From: Lama glama
Lineage: Eukaryota
Length of the DNA stretch: 64,000 nt
NCBI GenBank assembly: GCA_028534125.1
Contig: CM052817.1
Coordinates: 50,470,001 to 50,534,000, forward strand
Direction of reading: 5' to 3'
Shown one piece after another: positions 26,597 through 39,369 of this stretch (the stretch's first letter is position 1; each line of letters begins with the position of its first letter). The position numbers were made by a program, and so were the translations under genes. Below the pieces are notes generated by a model. The model worked only from the letters and a program-made list of their open reading frames with translations. It searched no databases and had not been told where the DNA came from.

Positions 26597-27607
26597 AATA
26601 ATGCACTACCTTATTGTTGCAGTGTTTATAGGATCAGTCTGTCTATTTGAAGATTGTGGAATACAAATGAAATGTTTATTTTTTCCTTAAAAATTGATCA
26701 CACTTAAAGGCTTTTGAAATTTAAAGAAATTTTGAAGTTGGAAGGGGCCAATCCTTATGAGTGTCAAAGATGTGCAAATCAAAGCAATCCCTTCCATGCC
26801 TTTACTTTGAGGATAATTTTCCATGCCACTTGCTATTCTGTGCCCTGCGTGAGTGACTCCGTGTGCACCAAAGGGCCATTTTAATGTGTGGCATCTGGAT
26901 GGACACCTGGAAGCTCTGAAGTTTTGAACTAAGGAGCCATTAATGCTAAAAAAAAAAATTAACATTAATGTTGATTATCCTCTTTAACTTGTTTCACCCA
27001 CAACTGCTCAATCATTCTGCAACCAGATTACTGCCAGTTCCATATGTTTCTGTGTCACTTAGGCTTGACTAATTAAAATGTTCTGTTACAGGTTCCACAT
27101 AAATTTTAAAACTCTGAGATGTCTCTTCAGCCAGTTGAAGAGACTTTCAATGTTTCGTGAGAATTAATGTATACATTTCTTTTAACCTGCCAAATACCAA
27201 ACCAATGACCAAAAATTTTATGTTCTACTTAGTTTTGATTCAGAAAAACAAATCTATGCATATCAGCTATGTTCTAAAGTTTGCCAAACTGAAACACTGA
27301 TAGATTTTCCTTAATATTTTCCTTTAACTTTATTCTTGCTAATGAATAAAGAATTTTTTAGCTAAAGCATCTATGAGAAAAAGATTAATCCTCATCAGTG
27401 AGAAGAGGAATGCAAGCTAAAATATCAAATACCATTCCCTCCTTTCAGATTGTCACTGATATAAAAGTTAATAATCAGTGTTATTCTCAAACACTGCCAA
27501 TCTGAGTGCAGATTGGGAAAATATTTAAAAGACAATTTGGCAGCATATAATGAGTGATTTGATATTTTCATTTCTTTCATTCAATTCCATTCAAAAGTAT
27601 TACAAGG

Positions 27608-28995
27608 ACACCAGTCAGAATGGCCATCATTCAAAAGTCCACAGATGACAAATGCTGGAGAGGCTGTGGAGAAAACGGAACCCTCCTTCACTGCTGGTGG
27701 GAGTGCAGTTTGGTGCCACCACTGTGGAAAACAGTATGGAGATTCCTCAAAAGACTAGGAATAGACTTACCATATGACCCAGGAGTCCTGCTCCCCTGCT
27801 CCTGGGCATATATCCAGAAGGAACCCTACTTCAAAAAGACACCTGCACCCCAATGTTCATAGCAGCACTATTTACAATAGCCAAGACATGGAAAGAGCCT
27901 AAATGTCCATCAACAGATGACTGGATAAAGAAGAAGTGGTGTATTTATACAATGGAATACTATTCAGCCATAAAAACCAACAATATAACGCCATTTGCAG
28001 CAACATAGATGCTCCTGGAGAATGTCATTCTAAGTGAAGTAAGCCAGAAAGAGAAAGAAAAATACCATATGAGATCGCTCATATATGAAATCTAAACAAA
28101 ACANNNNNNNNNNNNNNNNNNNNNNNNNNNNNNNNNNNNNNNNNNNNNNNNNNNNNNNNNNNNNNNNNNNNNNNNNNNNNNNNNNNNNNNNNNNNNNNNN
28201 NNNNNNNNNNNNNNNNNNNNNNNNNNNNNNNNNNNNNNNNNNNNNNNNNNNNNNNNNNNNNNNNNNNNNNNNNNNNNNNNNNNNNNNNNNNNNNNNNNNN
28301 NNNNNNNNNNNNNNNNNNNNNNNNNNNNNNNNNNNNNNNNNNNNNNNNNNNNNNNNNNNNNNNNNNNNNNNNNNNNNNNNNNNNNNNNNNNNNNNNNNNN
28401 NNNNNNNNNNNNNNNNNNNNNNNNNNNNNNNNNNNNNNNNNNNNNNNNNNNNNNNNNNNNNNNNNNNNNNNNNNNNNNNNNNNNNNNNNNNNNNNNNNNN
28501 NNNNNNNNNNNNNNNNNNNNNNNNNNNNNNNNNNNNNNNNNNNNNNNNNNNNNNNNNNNNNNNNNNNNNNNNNNNNNNNNNNNNNNNNNNNNNNNNNNNN
28601 NNNTTCTAAGTGAAGTAAGCCAGAAAGAGAAAGAAAAATACCATATGAGATCGCTCATATATGGAATCTAAAAAACAAAAACAAACAAAAACAAAGCATA
28701 AATACAGGACAGAAATAGACTCATGGACAGAGAATACAGACTTGTGGTTACTGGGGGGGTAGAGGGTGGGAAGGGATAGACTGGGATTTCAAAATTGTAG
28801 AATAGATAAACAAGATTACACTGTATATAGCACAGGGAAATATACACAAAATGTTATGATAAATCACAGAGAAAAAAATGTGACAGTGAGTGTGTATATG
28901 TCCATGAATGACTGAAAAATTGTGCTGAACACTGGAATTTGACACAACACTGTAAAATGATTATGAATCAATAAAAAATGTAAAAAAAAATACAA
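27608..28995 (+). mobile_element. Young 5'-truncated L1 (ORF2 C-terminus, 3' UTR, A tail), same family as the 43.8-48.1 kb copy
   Basis: [18 protein letters not shown] cysteine motif; close similarity to 47334-48135; AATAAA and A-rich tail at ~28969-29000; spans the 500-N gap. Confidence 0.95.
28104..28603. other. Assembly gap (500 N)
   Basis: Run of N. Confidence 1.
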
Positions 28996-29002
28996 AAAAA
29001 GT

Positions 29003-30165
29003 AATAAAAAACTCTCTTATTTTGTTACAAATGTGTAGTGAAATTAACAAAATATTAAAACTACTGTTTATTTAGTGCACTGTTATTTAAAACTTAGAAA
29101 AATATAAAATTAAAGTGTTTAAATTGTTTTTACCAAGAATAGTTTGAACAGTGCTTCCCTTCTTTTTGTTGTGTAACTTGTGATTTAGAGTGAGCATTTG
29201 TTTTCTACAACTTGGTAAATTTCTATGTTTGGATCAACTTCTAAAAATATTCTTTGCATTTTCAATGTTGTGAAATAGATTCCAGAGTTTCTTTAATGTG
29301 ATTTTTTTTTTTTTGCCAGTCTCACTTCCTCTGGGACATCTTTATCCTTTTCATTGTAAGTTCTTTCCTCAGTTATACCAGGAAGTTCACCTTTGCTAAG
29401 GTCCTCTGGCTGTATCTGTAGTCTGATGGTGTCAGTGTGAACATTTCCATGCTAAGCTATTTCATCTTGAACTCCATCTGTGTACAATTCCAACCTTGCA
29501 AAGTCGTTTGCATAGAGAAGTAAAAATTTCTACCATACAGCACACATTTTACTTCTGCCATGATGCTTGAATGTTCTCAGTTGCATACTTTAGGTCATAT
29601 TTCTTCCCAAACCCGCTAAAGAAATGGCATGATCTCCAGTTGTAGCATCAATAGCCTGTCCAAAAGTCGATATGAGATAATAATAGGCTTTAAAAATTGA
29701 GCTACTTCCTTGGTCCAGTGGCTGGGTTGATGGTGTTGTGTTTGGTGGTAAAAAGCGTATTTTCATTCAAGTACCCAAGGAAATTTGAGTGATCTGGAGA
29801 ATTATCCACCAGAAATGGTGCTTTAAAAGTTAGAACTTTTTGCCTATAATATCTCTTTGCCACTGGGAGATAAGGAGGCGCTACAACTACATGTTGTGTT
29901 GTCTATGTGTGAGTAAGAGACGTACGGTGTCCAATCACTGACAGACTTGGAAAGAGATGATGTGATTTGTCACCGATCATGATGTGCACCTGTTATTTAT
30001 GTAGTGATTGGTAGATTGAAGAGATTGTAGCAGACTGTTCTTTATACAGTCAATCACAGTTAATACCCACCGGTAACTGATATTGAAACAGTGTGGGCTG
30101 GGGGAGGTTGGTGTTATTTAATTAAACCAAAAGAACTGAAGTCCTGTGCAAAACAAGAACTGCTT
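29003..30165 (-). mobile_element. TcMar-Tigger element (Tigger13-like) with a DDE transposase remnant
   Basis: TIR-like CAGTTCTTGTTTTGCAC at 30162; minus-strand peptides LVDNSPDH and FLPPNTTPSTQPLDQG...FKAYY (pogo/Tigger DDE_1 motifs); C-terminal 'gatgtcccagaggaagtg...gcactgttcaaact'. Confidence 0.85.
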
Positions 30166-30689
30166 TTACTAAGTTCAACAAATATGTCTATCTTTCCTGA
30201 AAATGCTCTTGGCCACTCTTTTTTTTTTTTAATGATTGTAGGTAAATTTAAAAATGAAAGAATTTTAATTTGGTGAACTTTGAAATATGAATTATTATTT
30301 TAACCTCCTTACACAAATAAGAAAGCTGGTAGGTGGCATCTGGCTTCCCTCTTTATAAGTAACTCAGGAAGGGGATAGAAAAGAAAGATTTCCACGTCCC
30401 CTTGCACGTGGTTGGTCAAGCCACCTCTGAAGACTGTCTCTGCTGTGCTCTTGTATGGATAACAGAAGGCCGGCACGTTGGATCAGATGCAGATCTTCAC
30501 TGCATTAGCCTGCCTGGAGTGGAGGCTTAAAGAAGAAAATATTCTCACAATTACATGCACAGCATCCTTGAGAAACTGTGGTGATTTGGGCAGGTGGTAG
30601 GTAACAGGCCTAGAGGAAAATCCTGAGTCTGGCAAATCAACACAAAGGAGAGTTTTTCTCAGTTTCTAGTTACTTAAAAACATTTTTCA

Positions 30690-30763
30690 AATAGCAGGTT
30701 TGTTGAAATACAATTTTTGCAATATAAAATGTACCCATTGTAAGTGACAATTCAATGAATTTT
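30690..30763 (-). mobile_element. Old L1 extreme 3' terminus fused to the U6 copy
   Basis: rc 'aaaattcattgaattgtcacttacaatgggtacattttatattgcaaaaattgtatttcaacaaacctg' resembles the L1MB/L1ME 3' end. Confidence 0.75.
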
Positions 30764-30873
30764 AAAGACGGGGTCACTTGCATGAATTTGCATGTCATTT
30801 TTGTGCAAGGTCACGTTCATCTTCACTGAGTTGTACCAATTTTCATTCCAATATGTGCTGCCCAGGCAAGCAC
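30764..30873 (-). pseudogene. Full-length, diverged U6 snRNA retropseudogene
   Basis: rc GTGCTTGCCTGGGCAGCACATATTGGAATGAAAATTGGTACAACTCAGTGAAGATGAACGTGACCTTGCACAAAAATGACATGCAAATTCATGCAAGTGACCCCGTCTTT aligns along the length of U6 (GTGCTCGCTTCGGCAGCACATATACTAAAATTGG...GATGACACGCAAATTCGTGAAGCG...TTTT); ACAGAGA box mutated. Confidence 0.9.
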
Positions 30874-31239
30874 TCTTGGAATTTTAATTATTGGCAAAAA
30901 ATTACCATCTGTTATTTTTCAGGATATAGAAGGAAGGATACCTTACTATTTTTTATTATGATACATATTGTGTATGTATTTAATATTTGTTTTGGAAGCA
31001 TTTAAGATAATACATAGATAAATAAATATCCAGATTCAACTAAAATTTACTGAATCTTCATATTAGTTTCAGGACTTAGTTGTTATCCCTATTTTATGAG
31101 TGAAGGAAGGACTTTCAGCGAAGTTAAGGACCTCAACTGAGGGACAAAACCAGTCCGTTTTGGAAGTGGGATATGATCTGACATCTCTCAACTCACATCA
31201 CACTGGGATAGAGGGTTCTCTATCTGCTGATAATCTAAC

Positions 31240-31450
31240 TATAGTAATAATAGGTAATGTTTATTGTGGTCTCACAGAAGTCATCCTCAGTTCTCTGCTG
31301 TGGGATTTCCTGTAGTCCTTATGAGAACTCTAGAAGGTGCACATTATTATTGTCAGTAGTACATGGATAAGGAAATTGAGGGATTATGAGTTTGGGCCTC
31401 CTGCCCAAGGTCATAAAAATGATAGTGGCCCAGTTTGCATCCGAGTTTCA
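31240..31450 (-). mobile_element. MIR fragment
   Basis: 'taataataggtaatgtttattg...ggataaggaaattgagg...tgcccaaggtcata'. Confidence 0.7.
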
Positions 31451-31964
31451 GAGGCCACCATTCTGTTCGCTTCACGTTATCTCCCTTAATATCAACTCTC
31501 CACCAGGGGAAGAGACTGGGATCCTTGTTAGAAGGGCGCAAGGGACAGATTGGGGAGGAGACATTTTTCATGGCTTTTGGGGAGGATTTTTCATGTATGT
31601 GGAAAACCACCTGTTAATAAAATGAATCTTCCATATAAAGATGTCTATTTCTAAACTTTAATGTTTTGGGATTTGAGGTCTTAATGTACTGATACAGCCC
31701 AGTTATTTTAAAAATTTGAAACAATAGTAGGCAAAGGGAAATGGGAATTATAGTCAAAGGCAAATATGCCCAACATGGTGCTTCAGATAGTTTTACCTCT
31801 GCTCCCTGCCTGAGCTGTCCCCAGATACCACATGCTCACACCCTCACATTAGTCTTTTATCAAGAGTCATCTTCCTCCACCCTCCTATTTGAAATAGTAA
31901 CCCTCCCTTCATCTTCTGCTATGATTCTGTTTTATTTTTCTCCTTTGCACTGATGACCCCCTAA

Positions 31965-34050
31965 CCAAAATTCAGATTGATACTTCCAACTCAAATTCAA
32001 GAGTACAGTGCAGGGCTTTTACATAGTCGCTTCATCCTTGCATCTGTATTTTTTTCTTCATCAATAAGAATAGTGGTTCTCAAGGGCATGGAGAACAACA
32101 GAAGAATCTCCTAACTGCTTATTTTTTACTGTCTAATTCTGTCCATGCAGCACTACCACCAATATGATTACTGAAACCATTTGTGTTGTTTTCCTTTGGT
32201 TCTCCCCATTATTTCCTGCTTATGGTTGTTCTATAACTATATAGTCTGGGGATATAGTCATTTCATACCATGTCCTCTCCTCCTTGTCCCTCATTTAATC
32301 TACCTGCTACAGGTGACTATTTTTGCACCACTAGACCTCACATCAGTGGCCCTCTAGTCATTTTATTTGTCTGAAGATTGTTCTCCAGTAGATTCCTTAT
32401 TAGAGGCTCAAGGAAACAATATTCTGGAATTATTACATGTTGATAAAAGTTTGCCTATGGCCTTTGAACTTGAAAATCTGTTTTGTTGGCTAAAAATAAT
32501 TCTTGGCTCACACTTTTCTTTTTCTTGAATATCTTTAATATGTTACCGCATGTTATTTTGGCATAAAGTGTTGTTGTTGAAAAGTTTGATGATAATATAA
32601 TTTTCTTTCCCTTATGTCATGTACTCTTTGCTTTTTATCTTCTAGGTATCTAAAGGACAGCTTTCTTTCTTCTCTTCTTCCTTCCTACTTCTCTCCCTCT
32701 CTCCCTCCTTCCTTTCCTCTCCTCCCCTCCCTCCCTCCCTGTCTTCCTTCTTTCCTGCTTTCCTTATTCCTTCTCAATGTAATTTTACTGCAATATCTTG
32801 ATGTTTTTATAGATCAATTTCTCTGATGCTCTGTGTACTTTCGGTATGCAGTGTTTCATCTTTTATTTTAGGAAAATTTTCTGCAGTTATGAGATTTAGT
32901 ATTTGTTCTGCTTCTTTACTTTGGATTTTTATTTCCTGTCTTCTCCTACTATCCTTATGCTTAAAGTTTTGCCTGTCATCAATATTTTTACCTTTCTCTT
33001 GAATCTTTTCTCTTCTTTTATCTCTTTTTGGTTTTAAAATTTTTTCTCTTTCACTTTTTATTTTACTTAACCTATCATCTTTTGTGTTTATTCCCTATTG
33101 CTAGTTCTTGTTTTTTAACCCCTGCCTTTTGGACTTCTTTTTTCTTTCGTTTCTAAATTATTTCCAGAGTATGGAGCATCGTTCCTAAACTTCTCTAATT
33201 CTGATCTATATTGTTTCTTTTATGTCTTGTAGCATTTTCTTAATGTTTCTTAGTTTTGAAATAATAGGTTACAGCTTTGTGGACGTATTTTTGGACATAC
33301 CTTTATTGTCTGCAATACGTTGTTCTGCTTTTTTTCCCTCTTTTTTATTATACTAACTCCCTATGGGATATGACCTTGATACTTTTATATTGCTCATGTT
33401 TATGTGAAATGAATTTTCCTCAGACAGATTTTAGGGAAGTTCATATAACTTTACAGATTTCCTTCTTCTGTTGTTTAAAAATGTGGTAATGTGCTTTCTG
33501 GAATTTGATCTGGGCTTTTTTTCCTTTCTTTCTTTTTGTTGTTTCTATCTTGTTCAATTTTGATTTTCCTTCCAGCAAAGTCTCCTCAGTGTGGGTTACT
33601 GTCACGGAAGGTGGAAGGGAGCCCAGTGGGTCAGTTCTGAGAATTAACAGGTGGTCTCTGCTCCAGGTTTTTCAGTCCTGTTTTGGGGGAGAGGTTACAC
33701 TAACAAACTCTTCACAGTTTCAGCAGCTGTTCCCGTCTTGGTCCTTACTTTCCAGGGAATGACTGTTGGCGATTTTATTGTTCTCTTCTCAAGCTCCTAG
33801 GACACTGCCCTGTCGCTTTCTTCCTCTTCCTCCTGCGGGGAAGGTACAGATTTCATGCAGTTTGGAGGCTGTTGGTGATTTGCCTATACCCCATGCATTT
33901 GGGGCTCGTGGTGATCACTATTCATCTAGTTTTGTTTTAAATGCTGCCCCTGGTTTATTGGTTTTGTTATCTAAATGCTCTGTTTTTAATGTGGGGATTC
34001 AGTGAGATTAAAAAATTGTACAGCTGCCACAGCCATCTTTCCAGAATTTC
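31965..34050 (-). mobile_element. HAL1-like (half-L1, ORF1-only) element
   Basis: 'ttccaactcaaattcaagagtacag...ggttctcaaggg...ctaccaccaatatgattactgaaa...ttctccagtagattcc...aattcttggctcacactt'; T-rich antisense ORF1-like body; recognised from remembered HAL1 consensus. Confidence 0.7.
32660..32775. repeat. CT-rich low-complexity tract
   Basis: cttccttcc/ctccctccc repeats. Confidence 0.85.
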
Positions 34051-34147
34051 TCCCCTGTGTAGATTTTCAACAGGTGATGTTAATTGCAAGGTAGCTATTG
34101 ACTACCTCCAATAAATACTTTTTAACATTGAATGGGTCACATGATGT

Positions 34148-34170
34148 CTATGTATGTATGTATGTGTGTG

Positions 34171-34204
<34 letters not shown>
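34148..34204. repeat. (TATG)n(TG)n followed by (CA)n compound microsatellite
   Basis: Directly visible. Confidence 0.95.
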
Positions 34205-34206
<2 letters not shown>

Positions 34207-35321
34207 GCTAAAAATTACCGGTTACTTAACCTGAAACTGTAGTGGTCTTTTATAGGTAGTACTGTTCTGAGAGACCCAAGTCCATTATGAAATAATTTAA
34301 TATGAATTTTACCTCAGAGTAAGCAGCAAATTCTTTTCTTTTTATGGTGATATAGCTTTCACAGTCTTATTTCTCCCTGGTAGGAAATAATTTTGTTGGG
34401 GAAAAGAAAAACACCTCCATCTAGACTGATTTGAAAGCTCAGGTGTCCCTTCAAACAATAAAGTTTGAAGTGTTTTAAAGGCTAGTTTGACTCAGATGAT
34501 GGAACTATTAAAAAAGAATAAAAAGGAAAGAATTGCTCTTACTTGGAGGCAATTCTTTTCCTTAGAAGCAGGGTGTTTGTTGTAGGCTACAGGAGACTAT
34601 TGGCCTATTCATGACATTAGTGGTAGCCATTTCTAGACAAGGAAAGGTTCACACAGTAACTCTGAGTGCTGTGAAATGATCCAAATTGGAAGGTGAAGAA
34701 ATGAAAACGTGTGCTGCTTTAAAGACCGTGTATGCTCATAAAAATGAGCTGTTATGGTGGTCTTTCATCCCCATCCCTGCAGATAAAAAGCTGTCTCCAC
34801 ATGATTTGCTAAAGCCCTCTTACCTTGCTTTCACAGAACAAGGAATCATGATTGAAAACAGGGCAGGTTTTTTTGTCAAGTTGCTATGGTGAGAAGATTG
34901 GAAAAAAAAAAACTCTAAGTGTTCATGAAATTGAAATATCTTTTATTGGCCCTTTCTTGATAAATTGTGTGTGTGTGTATAAATATATAAGTGAATTTGT
35001 ACCCCTTTCAGAGAATGTCTCCCCTCTTCCATGGCTAATATTTGCATTGTGTGGACAATTTCTAATGTTTTCAAAGGTTTTCTCCTTTGAAAGTAATAAG
35101 CAATAGAAAAAATATTCTTCATCCATTGTATTATAAACGTTTACATTAATCTTGTCTCATTCTGCTAAATGTCTTTATTTGTTAGCACAATTGTAATGAA
35201 CAGAGAAATGGTCCCGTGTGCCACTAACTATTGTCAGCCCAAGTATTCTCTACTGTTAATCCATTTTTCCTTTAACTGAATTTGGATTCCTTTGAGGTGA
35301 GAAAAACAGACTTTAAATACT

Positions 35322-35348
35322 ATTGATTGATTGTTTGATTGATTGATT
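35322..35348. repeat. (ATTG)n tetranucleotide repeat
   Basis: attgattgattgtttgattgattgatt. Confidence 0.8.
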
Positions 35349-36244
35349 ACTCTTTGAGATGCCTATGTGGATGTGGATGAAAGAAATAAGGAAAGGCTTG
35401 CTCATTCATTTTTCTTTGAAATTCCATGCAGATAGTTGGAGGTTGGGGAGAAATTTTCATCATGTAATTGCTCTCAAGCATAAGTAACTGAGAATTTTAT
35501 ATGAGGAATAATTCATGTGGTGCATCTGGACATTTCTTAGGCTAATATTATTAACGAGATATAGACTTCTGAAAATAATAGTTTCCATTGTTTAACCTGA
35601 TATGCAGATTGTTAGACAGTATCATCCTGGATGCATGTTTTTTGAATATTCAAATCAAAACTTAAGATTGAGCAGGTTTGCAATGAGACCCTTTACTTTA
35701 TAGATTTAACCAAGATTTTACCAAAGGATAAAACAAATGTGATGCATTCCCTTACTCATCCATTCAGTAAGTTCTTATTGATCATGTATGTTTCAGGTTT
35801 GATGCAACATTATTCAAATTTTGTTTGTGGAGATATTTATTTTTACCTAAAGTGGTTTTGTTTCTGTTTTTGTTTTGTGACTATCTGAGCTGATAGTTAT
35901 GGTGCCTGGTTCTAGGTCCATATTCTATAGTGAAATTGCAGTATGATCTATCACCAGACATTTAATCCATTTTTATCTCCTATAGAAAAGGTGAAAAAAA
36001 TCCTTGCTTTTTCTAGCTGCTGTATCTGGAAATATGATTAGAACAGATACAGGTTAACCACAGCTTGGAAAGCATCTCACATTTCCCAAATGAAGGATGC
36101 TGAGAAGTGACAATTATTATGAGAATCAATATCTTTTTTACATTAGATAACAAAGGTGAGAAAGATAACTCTTTGGCTTTATTAGAAACAACCTGACTTC
36201 TTTGGGTATGTTCAGAAACTAACCTCAAAACCAGGGTTAGAGAT

Positions 36245-36485
36245 GGAGAAAGAGTGTGGGAAGGGATAAATTGGGAGTTTGAGATTTGCAGAGACCAACT
36301 ACTGTATATATAACAGATAAAACAACAGTTTTCTTCTGTATAGCACAGAGAACTATATTCTATATCTTGCAGTAACCTATAATGAAAAATAATATGAAAA
36401 TGAATATATGTATGACTGAAACATTATGCTGTACACCAGAAATTGATACCATATTGCAAACTGATTATACTTCAATAAAAAGAAA
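36245..36485 (+). mobile_element. Short L1 3' UTR insertion (cetartiodactyl-type)
   Basis: 'gggaagggataaattgggagtttgagatttgcaga...ctgtatagcacagagaactatattc...acaccagaaattgatac...ttcaataaaaa'. Confidence 0.9.
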
Positions 36486-37249
36486 AGGGGGTTAGGTGGC
36501 AGAAGCATAAGGAAACTGCAAAGCTTTGCTAGGGATCAGAAAGATAAGCATGAGAAGCTTCTCTCACATGAACCCTACAGCTGGCCTCTACCCCTTGCTT
36601 TGCTCACAAAACATGATACTAGAGCTAAGTGAGCCTCCTTCCTTCCGTACTGCTCTCTTTTCCCTTCTAAATCAGAGGAGGCATCTGAAGGGGAAAGTGG
36701 GGTGTGCACATATGATGGATGTATCTTATTACTGGCCAGGGAAGAGAGAAATGACAACCACCACTTCCTGCCAGTGACATATTGCAGGGGACCCAAAGCA
36801 AAGTAATATCATGAGGAAGGGGATGCTCTCTGGCTTAGTCAGAGAGAAGCTAGGGGTTCTGCCTAAAATGTGAATTCCTAGAGGAAAAACTATATTAGCA
36901 TAGAAAGTTAATGATAGAATTGAAATGATCCTTTAATAGGTGTTTGTCTTGCTTATATATTTGCAGTGAGATAGTAAAGCTTGAGCAATGTCCCTTCCTG
37001 GCATCGTAAAAATGTGGGGATTGTAATTAATTAAGATGCTATATCGAAACATTGGCAAAGTTTTGTGTTTTCTAATACATATGTGGCACAGTTTCAGCCA
37101 GTGTTCTTGTTGTTGTTATTTAATCTCATAATGTATGCTTTTTAGGACTGTCATCTTTTTAGAATTTACAAAGGAAATAAAAATCAGACTATTATCTGAC
37201 TTTTGCTCCTGAGAAACTAATGAGCAAGAGTCATTACTCATAATGGAAT

Positions 37250-38800
37250 AATTAATTGGGTTTCCACCCTGTGCCAGACAGTGAGCTGGGATCTGGACTC
37301 CCTTTGATAAAAAACAGTTCTTTTTCTCATGGCACTCACAGTGTAGGCAGAGACAGGTAAACAAATCATTGCCATATAAGTTGATAAATGCTATAATAAA
37401 GGTATGAACAGATGCCACGAACACAGTGGAGGGAATATTTAAGTGCCTCCAGCAGAAAGCAAGACTTATCAGAGTAGCTGGTACATGACTTATAACAAGA
37501 TTTCACAAAGCTAGAAAAGAATGGACAGGAAACACAATTTAAAGGTATTAGCATAGGCAAAGATACACAAAGTTTGAATAAATGCAGGGTCAGCTTGAAA
37601 AATAGTCTTTCTGTGATGCCAAAGATTTAGAATTTTACCCAGAAGAGAATAGGAAGATATTCCAGGAGATAGATACAATCAAAATAATTTTCTCAAATTT
37701 TAATAAATATTGATTTGCTTCTTCTACCTGCCAGGATACCATGTGCTTTTTAGGTGCCTTGTAGTATATTAGAGTTGGTGCCAAAGGATTAAAGAGGCTT
37801 GAGGGTTAAATGGGTGAGAATTAAAAATGACCAGTAATAGAAAACTGAAGGTAACTTAAGAAAAAAAATGTTTATTCCCACACAACAACAGCAGATCGGC
37901 AATCCTAGGATTGATTTAGAGGAGCTCACAATGTCATCAAGGGCCAACAATCTTCCCACCTCTCATCTTTAACTTATTCCTTTATTGGCCAAAAATGGCT
38001 CCCAAAGCTGTAACCATCATCTGCTTACACAACTGGTCCATGTGTAACAGGGAATAAGGGAAAGGATGAGAGTTTTACTCTTTCATCTGTCTCTCTTTGT
38101 GAGGGAAGTCTTTCTGCGAAGACCTTTAGAAGAGTTTTCTTCTGTCTGTCTTATTGGAGACAACTGACCATACAGACATCAGTGTTTTCAAGGGAGTTTG
38201 GGAAAGGGAATAATATTCATTTTCAGCCTTCCTACAAGCCGTGGAATTTTCCAGTGAGGGAGAGGGATAGAAAATGGCTGTTGAATTAGCCACCACTGGT
38301 GTTTGACTCCTTTTCAGTAAAATTAGTATTTGAGAGTTGAGGGGAAATGGAGGCAACATTGAAGAAGATGTAGAAATAGGGAGAAAATCAGATGACAGTG
38401 GTGGAGTTGATAAACAGGAGGTCACTGTTGACTCTTATTTCAGAAATTTCAGGGGAGTTTACTGTTAGGGGCCAAATGTGCTAAATAAGTAGTAAATGGG
38501 TGGTGAGGAGATAGATGAAGAAAATACTTTCTTAAAGAAGTTTTAGAAAAGAGGACAGGAGGAAGCAGCACATGATGGAAAGAGATTAAGGAAAAGCTTT
38601 TCATTGAGGATGCGGGAGATAATTGATCGTATTTACATGCTGTAGGTGAGGGAGAAGCATAGATAAGAAAATCAGACACGAGATGCAGGTATGACAATTG
38701 TTTAGCTCCCAGACTCAATTGGAATGGTTGGATCCAGGAGGAAGAATTACTCTCACATTCAGGAGAAAGAAGGAGGCTAGAATATGGAGTTAGGGGCAGT
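37250..38800 (-). mobile_element. L2 fragments interrupted by an old MaLR (MLT1-type) LTR at ~37810-38300
   Basis: L2-like 'ggcactcacagtgtagg...aaatgctataataaagg'; MLT1-like 'caatgtcatcaagggcc...aaaatggctccc'. Confidence 0.55.
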
Positions 38801-39369
38801 TAGCCTATCAGTGATCATTAAAATCTAGCCTAACTAGTGCAGAGAGCAAGTTATAGGTGAATTTGAAAACTGAAATTCATCAGTTGCTACATCGTGGCCC
38901 CTGTTTTTACTGAAATCTTGGAGATGATGTCAGATACTGGAACTCTGTATGTGTGTAAAAGGAGAGGGTGTGATGGGTGCTAGTGGTGGGCTAGAATAGT
39001 TTGAGGTTGTTATAAATTTGGAATAGTCAAAGCAAGAAATTAGAAAAAAAATTACTAGGAGTCAATGAAGGAACTGTTGGAATATGTTCAGTATCAGACT
39101 GTCATTAAAAACATACCTTTAAATAATGCAGACTTGTAGGATTATGGCTCCTTACACAATACTCAATAGCCAATAAGTACAAGTAGATAAAGCAGTTACT
39201 TTGAATGATCCAGTGTTACACATTATCAGAGAACAGAGGACATGGATAAGATAGAGCAATTAGAATAGTGGTGAAGAGAGACCAGGAAATTGAGTGTAAA
39301 ATGAGAAGAATGAATCTATGAGGATGCTACTAGACTGGAAATAGAAGATGGCTTATTTTTATATAGTGT

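Noticed and set aside
28085..28658. Long ORFs of 174 and 188 aa in the ORF track
   Set aside because: Artefacts of translating the N gap
30764..30873. Functional U6 gene
   Set aside because: Many substitutions including the ACAGAGA box, no evident upstream TATA/PSE, and fused to an L1 end
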